From the human T2T-CHM13v2.0 reference genome, Homo sapiens, in the NCBI RefSeq assembly GCF_009914755.1, contig NC_060940.1: DNA of 64,000 bases; one strand, 5' to 3'. The position numbers and the translations under genes are program-made. Positions 50,721 through 64,000 of the stretch are shown here, piece after piece; the first letter of the stretch is position 1, and the number at the start of each line of letters is the position of its first letter. The notes under the pieces are model-generated. The model worked only from the letters and a program-made list of their open reading frames with translations, was not told the origin of the DNA and searched no databases.

Positions 50721-51314
50721 TGAACTCCTGACCTCAGGTGATCCACCTGCCTCGTCCTCCCAAAGTGCTGGGGTTACAGGTGTGAGCCACTGCACCCAGC
50801 CTAAAATGATGGTTTTCTGATTCTAGCATTTCTTTGATAAGATTGCTATGTAAAGCACAGCTTTTCCTTTTTTAGGGAAAAATGTTTTTTAACAGCTGCA
50901 AAATAAATATTCTTTCAATGGAATGACAAATAGTTATTTATTATTTTATTTTTGCCATATATTTATTTTAAAAATTTATGTATAATGGTAACCTGAGCCT
51001 GCATGTTATTCATGTGTGGTGCCATACTGATCTTCCTTAATTTTAATATGAAGCAAGTACTAATATACTAAAGCATAAATTATATAAAATTTGCTTTATA
51101 TTTTGGATTGCAAAGTAATTGTTGTACTTTATAGAAAAGTTTCCCAAATCCATTTTACTTTTTTGTATTTGAAATTTAATCACAGGTAGAATCTTAAAGA
51201 GAGCATTTAGGGATATTGTAAACAGATGTTATTAAGGACTAATGTTAACTGATGTCAAAGGACTAATATTAACAAACATTGAAGAAGAGAAAACAGTATC
51301 TGTTTTTAGCTTAA

Positions 51315-51530
<216 letters not shown>

Positions 51531-51664
51531 TAAAACTACAGAATCTATTTTTCTTGGTCTCATACTCAGGTTTTTATGTAGGCACTTCGTAAATAATGAA
51601 CCTAATTTGCTTGTTTTCTCCCTATTTTGTTGAATGTTCACGGTTTGTAACTTTTATTTTTAAG

Positions 51665-51790
51665 CTTGTAATGACCAGCCTGCAGTCAATTCTTGAAAAT
51701 GTGGATACACCAGAATTGCTTTGCAAATGTGTTAAGTGCATTCTTTTGGTGGCTCGATGTTACCCTCATATTTTCAGCACTAATTTTAGG
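51665..51790 (+). pseudogene. SMG1P exon 7 (126 nt)
   Basis: LVMTSLQSILENVDTPELLCKCVKCILLVARCYPHIFSTNFR; donor GTGAGT. Confidence 0.93.
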
Positions 51791-52138
51791 GTGAGTTCCT
51801 CATTCCGCTGTTCAGATCATGGGGTGAGGGGGATGGTTGTGTGTGTGAGGAACTGAGGAATCAGATGGAAAACAGTGCCTCTGCTCCTTTGAATATAATC
51901 AGTGATATTTGAGGTTCCAGGGTTAAATGCCGCATTTTTCTTTCTGACGTTCGTACCTTAAAATATTTGAAGAAAATAAACTATTTCATTGTTGTCAGAA
52001 ATGTAGTTCTTTTATTTTCCTGCCCCTCTCCCCTTTCTAAGTTTCTAGAATGTCAAGTAGGTAGAACATAGATGCTCCTTTTAGGATCTTTTGCTGTGAA
52101 ATGGTCCACAGGTGGATTGCAGTAATATCTTAAAATGA

Positions 52139-52303
<165 letters not shown>

Positions 52304-53077
52304 TGACCATCTATCAATACCATTTCTTTAATAATGCAAGAAAACTAATTCAGAGAAATGTTTTATTGTAAATGAACATGACTTGTTAGCTAAATATATA
52401 TTTTCAGAGGAAATTACTAGTAGGTGGGTAGAGTAAGTACAGACAGGACTTACCCAAGTTATTTGTAGTTTGTACTGGTAGGAAAGTATATGGTAAGAAT
52501 ATATTGCAGTGGCAATACCCTGAAGTGGACAATGGAAGATCCAAGTTATTTGTCACATTTTATTGTTTTTCTGGTTATTTTTTTAAAAAAGGAAATATAG
52601 GGTTAATTTGGAGAATTGTCATAAATGAGAAGTGGTTTTGTTTCCCACTTTTTTGGAGTTAAGTGAATGACTAGCGTGGCTCATTTGCACATTTCAGCTT
52701 GTTTCAAGTGTCATAGTTTCTCGTAACTTACTTGGTGTAATAAACTTTTGAAAATAAGATATTCAGGTGATAGTGGTCTGTTTCATTTTCACTGAGGAGA
52801 TGAGTATACACCTTTAATGGTTAGATGTGGCCCTGGGATTAGCCGGGCCAATGGTAGATTGTGGCATTTTAGTCTTAAGTCATGTGTAGTGACAATATAG
52901 ATATGAAATTTACTGAAAAAGTAAGGAAATAACATTTACCTGTTAATTTCTGCAGAAATTAAGGAGGTATTAATTAAAGAGGTATTGGTTAATCGTGATC
53001 AGCATGTTTAGCAGTCTTAATTTTATGATATAGGACATGTTTTAGGGTATGCTGCTTGAAAACCAGATACTTTTTAA

Positions 53078-53269
<192 letters not shown>

Positions 53270-53333
53270 TAGAAAGCTGTTTCTTAAAATTTTGGTTAAG
53301 AAAAAATCTTAAATTGTGCTAGATTTATTTTAA

Positions 53334-53696
<363 letters not shown>

Positions 53697-54994
53697 TAAA
53701 CATTTATTTCAGATGTGTTTAAGTTACCAGGAGAATTACTGGAGAGACTAAAAGAAACGTTGCAAGCTTCGTATTTCGCAAAGCTTTACATACTCTCGGT
53801 AGCTGGTATTTTTCTAAAGACATATTTTGTTATTTATTTTTATTTTTTGTTCCCAGTCTTCAGAGTCTTAAAGCAAATTGATGTTGTGTTATAAAAAAAC
53901 ACAAAACACCAAAAGCTCCTAAAGATTTTCCTCTTACATATGTACAGGAGATCTTGAATCGTACTTTGGAGGACAAGCCTTGGCTTCAGCCAGCTTTTGT
54001 GGCTGTACGAATATAGCATAGGAGCTTTAAGAGCGCTGCTGAAGCCTCTGTTACTGGTACTTGGCTTTTCTGGCCCCACTGTCATGGCTTAACTCTGTGC
54101 CATCTCTTATCTGAATCTCTTTGTGTTTCTCCCCTATTCAGATCAACCAGTCAAGGCTCCCATAAAGATTTTGGCCTCATCTTGTTTTTTTCATCTTTGC
54201 TGCTTGTAGTCAACAGGAATTCAGTACCTTTAGCTGTACTGATGTGTTTACTCTTTCCTAGAAAAGCAAGGAAATGTTTTGCTTCTGCGTTGTTTTTTCT
54301 TTGCCCCCACACCTAGAATGTCTTTTTTCACAGCCCACGTTTAAAGCTGATCTACCTCTCATAAGCCACACATTCTAGTTTGTAGAGATGCTTCCCCTTG
54401 TTATCCTTAAGATCTCATTCTCTTCTGTTATTTTGGTGCTTAATTTTAGGTAGATGTATACATTGGTTCTGGTATCCTAGTTTTTGCGAATCTTGTCCTT
54501 TTCATATATCGTACTTCTTCAGTTACACATCTGTAGACCAGGTCTTGTAATCTCCCTTTGCTCTTCATGTGCATGCTCTTGGTTTGGAGGACTTACTGTT
54601 GAGCTGAGTGGCTCAAAGAATACCTAGAATGAGATTTTTAGCCAAAAACTAATTCAGGAGTGGCAAAAGCTTCCGTCTTCATTTATACCTACATATAACT
54701 AGAGCATATGTGCTAGAATTTATTTTTCCCCAACAGCTTTCTGAGTTGATTTAAGAGATTATTTCCTTAATTTGTTGTCTATTGGGTTTAATGTTGGCTT
54801 TTTGAAATAATTAGGTAAAACCCATTTTTATATTCAGAGTCATGAATATTCTCATGGGCCACAGTTCTCTTTCTAAAAGCCTAAAAATCTATTCTAAAAT
54901 GAATTGATTGAAATATTTTAGAGTTTTTTTTTGTTTTGTTTTGTTTTTTTAAACAATGTACTACTTATTAAGAATGCTGTGAATTCACATCTAG

Positions 54995-55167
<173 letters not shown>

Positions 55168-56477
55168 GTAAGTGCTTTTGGGCATTTGAAGTGTCATTCA
55201 AAAATAAAATTGTTTTACATTGTAAATGCTTCTCTTTACCAGGTGAACTGTTATTAATCCTTCATTTGTTTAGCATGTATGTATGTATGTATATATGTAT
55301 ATATTGTCTGACTGCTTTCTTAAACAACCAGAAAAGCAGGGAATCCTGTTATAGCTCATCCTCCTTTCATCCAACTCCCCTACCCTCCCATGACAAAAGG
55401 CCACTCTGAATTTTTAAATCTCATTCTTTCATTTTTAAATAATATTTCTTATAATTTTACTTTTAAATTATTGGGTTTCCTTTTAGTTTTTCAACATATT
55501 ACGAATAGCACACTATAGGAGAAGCCTCAGAAAGTAATCTTCTCTGAGCATAAGATGGAACTCATATGAAAACTTGTGTATCTTTATATTCTTTGATAGC
55601 CTGATATCAAAGAACATAAACAAATTAAAAATGAGGTAGCTAGATTGCCACACTTCAGCAGCCTCAGACATTAGCTGCACTGTATATAGCACATCCAGTG
55701 AGGGTTCAGTGGAAAAGACACAAGAAATGAACCCCAGGCATTGTACTCTGCTTTGAATAAGGAGAAAGAAGCATGTGTGATACCGTCATAAAAAATTTAA
55801 TCTAACTGATGAAAATTTTACCGTTAGGATAAAACTTGCTTTTAGGAGCATATACTTTTGCTGAACATGTTGCTAAATAAAATAGGATACTGATTATATA
55901 GTAAGTTGTGTACTTGAGCAGAAATGTCAGAACTTAAAGATAAATGAAACCAGCATATCGGTATTTTAAACCAATATGGTTTCAAAATGGTTTAATATCT
56001 TTGCTTCATTTTTAATGTCTAAAAGGTGGTTGTTTGAAGACTGTACAGAGTTGAAATAAAAAGCCGTTAATTCAGACATAAAATAAAGGGGACATAATTT
56101 ATAGGATAGGTGTATATTGATTTATGAGGATCTTTTAGGCCTTTGAGAATGGTAGAATGGTGGGGTTTTTATTTTTTTTATTTATTTTTGGAGCTGGAAC
56201 CTCACTCTGTCACCCAGGCTGGAGTGTAGTAGTTCAATCATAGCTCACTGTAGTCTTGAACTCTTGGGCCCAGGTGAACTTCCCACCTCACTCAGCCCTA
56301 CAAGCGGGTGTCACCATACCCAGCTTTTTTTTTTTTTTCCTTTTTAAAGTGGGGTGGTGCCATCACGACTCAGTGCAGCCTCTATCTCTTGGGCTCAAGT
56401 GATCCTCCCAGCATAGCTCCTGCTAATTTTTTATTTTTGTAGAGATGGGGTCTCAGTGTTTCCCAGGCTGGTCTTGA

Positions 56478-56756
<279 letters not shown>

Positions 56757-57570
56757 TAGAAACAAATTTGGTAGAGATGAGGTGTTGTTATGTTGACATG
56801 GCTGGTCTCAAACTCCTGGACTCAAGAGAACCTTCCAGCTAATCCTCTCAAAGTGCTAGGATGATAGATGTGAGTCACTATGCCCAACCTCTAAGGATAC
56901 TTTTAATGAAAACTATGGGTAGACTAAATAAAATCCTGTATGTATTGGTTGTTAAATATTATAGAAATATTTTTTAACATTTGCTCTGTTTTCTCCCCTA
57001 TTTTATTAGAAATTTAGTACACAATTATTGGCCATTATAGTTAAGTGGGGGATTTTGTGTGTGTGTGTATTGGAAATAATATGATTTTTGAAGATATTAT
57101 GTGGCAAGCATGAGAGTGCTTATCTTTCAAAAGAGACCATCAGTAGATAGAAACTTTAATAAGCTTAAAGTGACTTGTATGTTCAGTTTTGAAAGATTGA
57201 TTCCCAAAAGCCCAAGAGCTAGCTTGTAGTATGTGTGGGCAGGCTATTCCCATGCTGTCAATACCATTACTGTCGTGGTGTATTTCATGATAAAGATTCT
57301 GAGCTTCAGCCATTTAGTGACATTGGGAGAAACGAAGTTGGGTATGTGGGAAATAGAGGATGGCAGCTTCCATTTCCTGTCATAGTAGCACTTTAGGATT
57401 TTTTAGCCAAGATCATGTTTACATATTGTAGTAAAGGCATCATTATTATTCAGCTACTGAGAACTAGAATATTAAGAGACTGCTGGCAAGGCAAGCAGTT
57501 AATTTTCAGTTGAAATTGCATTAAATAGAAAGTATTTTCTTGCTTTGTGGAAGCACGTGAATTTTTTTAA

Positions 57571-57927
<357 letters not shown>

Positions 57928-58270
57928 TAATCCCAGCGCTTTGGGAGGCCAAAGCAGAAGGGTTGCTTGCATCCAGGAATTCTGGCACAGCTTGGGCAAT
58001 GTAGTGAGACCCCATCTGTACAAAAAGTCAAAAATTAGCTTGGTGTAGTGGTGTGCACCTGCAGTCCTAGCTACTCGGGAGGCTGATGGAGGAGGATCGA
58101 TTAAGCCCAGGAACTTGAGGTTGAAGTGAGCTCTGATTGTGCCACTGCACTCAGCCAAGGTGACAAAAAAGGACCTGTCTCCAAAAAAGAAAAAAAATAA
58201 GGGCTTTGCTTTATTATATAATTTTTTTAGAGTACATTCATCAGTCTTATAATCTGTGCTTTCATTTTAG

Positions 58271-58614
<344 letters not shown>

Positions 58615-58998
58615 TAGTCTCAGTGTAGCTTTACTCGTTTTTTCTGAGGAAACATTGCTCTACGCACCAGATTCTTTCTTTTTTTCTTTTCTTTTCTTTC
58701 TTTTTTTTTTGGTCACAGGATCTTGCTGTATTCCCCTGGCTGGAGTGCAGCGGTACAATCAGAGCTCACTGCAGCCTCAAACTCCTGGGCTCAAGTGATC
58801 CTCCCACTCAGCCTCCCGACTATCTGGGACTACAGATGCATGCCACCATGCCTGGCTAACCTTTATATTTTTTGGAGAGAAGGGGTCTCGCTACATTGTC
58901 TAGGCTGGCCTTAAATTCTTGGTCTCAAGTAATCCTCCTGCCTTGCCCTCCCAAAGTGCTGGGATTACAGGTGTGAGCAATCATGCCTGGCCTCCTTT

Positions 58999-59003
<5 letters not shown>

Positions 59004-59029
<26 letters not shown>

Positions 59030-59204
59030 GAGACGGAGTCTCGCTCTTTTGCCCAGGCTGGAGTGCAGTGGCACAATTGTATTTTTAGTAGAGACGGGGT
59101 TTCACCATGTTAGCCAGGATGGTCTCGATCTCCTGACCTCGTGATCTGCCTGCCTTGGCCTCCCAAAGTGCTGGGATTACAGGCGTGAGCCACCGCGCCC
59201 GGCC
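59004..59204 (-). mobile_element. AluY-like element with large internal deletion
   Basis: GGCACAAT joins directly to TGTATTTTTAGTAG; TSD GGCCTCCTTTAATTT at 58989-59003 and 59205-59219. Confidence 0.85.
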
Positions 59205-59579
59205 GGCCTCCTTTAATTTCTTAACCATAAATATCCTCCCCCCACTTTTATTATGGACGTTCTGAAGCACATAAAAATAGGGAGCATAGTATAATAAATT
59301 TGTACATATTTAACACTCAGCTTCTATAATTAGAAACAAATGGCCCATCTGGTTTCATCTAGGCCTCTTTGCTATCCTTTCATCTCCAACTGGATTATTT
59401 TAAAGCAAATTCTAGATGACATTCTGCTGAGCATTTCTGCCAGAATTACACCTCTCTTTGCTAATGTGAAAAAATGCCCATGATAACTGTAAAATACGTG
59501 TGTCCTATTTAGGTGTCTAAACACTTTAATGTCACAGTATTAAGGCCTTAAAATATAGCTTAGATATATTTTTCTAAAT

Positions 59580-60060
59580 TAAAAGACTTCATTTTTTAGA
59601 TATACAGAAAATTGAGCAGAAAACAGTGAGTTCCCATATACCTTCTTCATCCCAACAGTTTCCCCCTCATTAACATATTGTGTTAGTGTGGTACATTTAT
59701 TACAAAGGAGTGAATATTGATATATTATTATTAACTAATTTTATAGTTTACTTTGTGTTATGTATTCTATGGACTTTAACATGTGTAATGACATGTTTCC
59801 CCTATTACCAGTATCATACAGGATAGTTTCACTTCCCTAAAAATCTTTTATGTTCTACCCACTCCTTCCTCGTTCCCTCTCCCCACTCCTCCCTCCCCCC
59901 ATCTTAAGCCCATGGCAACCCCTGATCTTTTTACTGTCTCCATCGTTTTGCCTTTTCCAGAATGCCATGTAGTTGGAGTCATATAGTATGTAGCCTTTTC
60001 AGTTGGCTTCTTTCACTTACCAGTGTGCCTTTAAGGTTTCTCCATGTCTTTTTGTAATTT
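59580..60060 (-). mobile_element. Old L1 (L1M) 3' fragment
   Basis: ACAGAAAATTGAGCAGAAAA...GAGTTCCCATATACC...TTTTGCCTTTTCCAGAATGCCATGTAGTTGGAGTCATATAGTATGTAGCCTTTTC. Confidence 0.7.
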
Positions 60061-60095
60061 GAGAAGCTCATTTTTTAAAAATTTTATTCTTTTAG

Positions 60096-60239
<144 letters not shown>

Positions 60240-60850
60240 TGAAGAGTTGGACCTAATGTTGCTTACCCCAGGCTATATAAGTGAAATTGAGTGAAATGTG
60301 AAATGTTTGATTTAGAATATAGTGATTGTATTTGTTCTTTTAAATTTATATTTCTTGATAATCATACTGAATACTTTCATGAATGGTGTGCCAGATACTC
60401 TTTTCAGACTATGCATCTTTTGCTGTTATTAAATTTATTAAATTTTCATAAGGGTAAAACAAGTTGACACATTTATAAAGTTATAAATTAAGAAGTACTG
60501 TATATTTGGTAAACAAAAATGACTGGCTTTTCAACCACCCCCTAGTCAAATCCACCACAGACTTTCCTGGTAGATTTAAGAAACCCAGTCTTAAACTGCT
60601 GTTTGCATATGTCTTTTGATGTTGATTATTAAAAAAAAAAAACAAAAACGGCCATTTTGGAAATTTCCTATTGACAGTTTTCATTTATAGTACTCTTTAT
60701 TTGTGATAAAACTTAATAGATTTGAAATAGCATACTGATCTGTGTCAGTTTTCTGATTGGTTTTTAAAAAATTAAAATATTAAATGCTACAGACAGTGAA
60801 TTGATCGATCTTAAATTTATTTGTATCATCAGCACTAATACAGATAGTGA

Positions 60851-61210
<360 letters not shown>

Positions 61211-61451
61211 GTGAGTCTTTAATTGTAATGACTTTGTTTTATCCACATTACATATTTATGTATTTCACTGTTATGTCAACATGTCTGCAGAATCACTGTA
61301 TGTAACAAACAGCCATATTTAAGACATGCCTGGATAAATAAAATTGGTAGGAATGTTTTCTTGCCATTATATTTAACTTTTCTTCTTTTTCCTTGACAAA
61401 TCTTGATAAGTTTTTTTATATTAGTTTTATTTTCTAGAAAATGTCTTATGA

Positions 61452-62379
<928 letters not shown>

Positions 62380-62382
62380 TAG

Positions 62383-63204
<822 letters not shown>

Positions 63205-63651
63205 TTAGGGAATAAAGTTTTTAGGAGGAAGAAGGTAAAATTTGATGTTTGCGCTTCAATGTGCTCCGTGTTGTTTGATTGGATTGCCTTGTATAATTCC
63301 ATAGCTGCTTCGCTTATTACCAGTTACAGTTTATGTTTGAAGTCACAATAAACTCTTCTTCAAACATGAAAGCTTGATTTTTGAGGAAAATTATTCACAT
63401 TATTTACAGATTCAAAGATGTTTATGTCCTGTACTCTAGAAATAAGGAGAAAGTGGGTGGGGATGGGGCAGTCAGGTGGAGTGGAGTGTCTTGGCAGTGT
63501 AAAGGAAAAAGATGGATGGAAAAGGTGTAGGGTGGCAGGGTGTGCCTCTGTTTCCTTATTGAACAGGGCACCTTGCCATTTGCAGTATATGGAAAATTGA
63601 GGAAATACAGTCTACTTCCGCAAAAGGCACATACAAAGGGCTCTGTTTAGA

Positions 63652-64000
63652 CCAGAGATCAGCAAACTATGGTCTGTGGGCCAAATACAGCCCAGCACCT
63701 GTTTTTTGTCTGTTATTTTAAGTGTATAATTCACTGATTTTTACTATATTCACAGAAGTGTACAACCATCACAACACTAGTGCCTGTTTTTGTAAAGAAA
63801 GTTCTTGTTGGGCTGGGCGCAGTGGTTCACGCCTGTAATCCCTCGGGAGACTGAGACAGGCAGATCACCCAAGCTCAGGAGTTCAAGACCAGCCTGGCCA
63901 ACATGGTGAAACCCTATCTCTACTAAAAAAATACAAAAGTTAGCAGGGCGTGGTGATGGGCACCTGTAATCTCAGCTACTTGGGAGACTGAGGCAGGGAG
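63652..64000 (+). mobile_element. MER58-like hAT fragment followed by an Alu truncated by the window end (63809-64000)
   Basis: CAGCAAACTATGGTCTGTGGGCCAAATACAGCCC motif; GGCTGGGCGCAGTGG Alu start. Confidence 0.65.

Overview
Human (or closely related great-ape) genomic DNA, very Alu-dense (about 60-70 copies or fragments by eye), recognisable as a chromosome 16p segmental-duplication mosaic of two duplicons. (1) About 1-18005 is GC-rich and derived from the SLC7A5 (LAT1) locus: upstream region, CpG-island promoter, an intact exon 1 (ATG 4548, donor after 5085) and about 13 kb of intron 1. No SLC7A5 exon 2 was found. The protein signature ([29 protein letters not shown]) best fits SLC7A5P2 as I recall it. 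(2) About 18006-64000 is an unprocessed SMG1 paralog, probably SMG1P3. It has a CpG-island promoter and exons 1-13 with canonical GT-AG sites. The spliced frame is open for 431 codons until a 1-nt deletion in exon 10, and exon 13 carries a second, complex lesion. The MIR3680 hairpin (18780-18866) lies between the two promoters. The most interesting structure is the fusion unit: the orphaned LAT1 donor can only splice into SMG1P-derived exons. This predicts 180-aa or 190-aa three-TM LAT1 fragments that keep Cys164, encoded by predicted NMD-substrate mRNAs under a promoter with MYC/HIF and ATF4-type motifs. Comparisons with the parent genes rely on my recollection of reference sequences and need alignment to confirm. 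No prokaryotic-type system (CRISPR etc.) is present.
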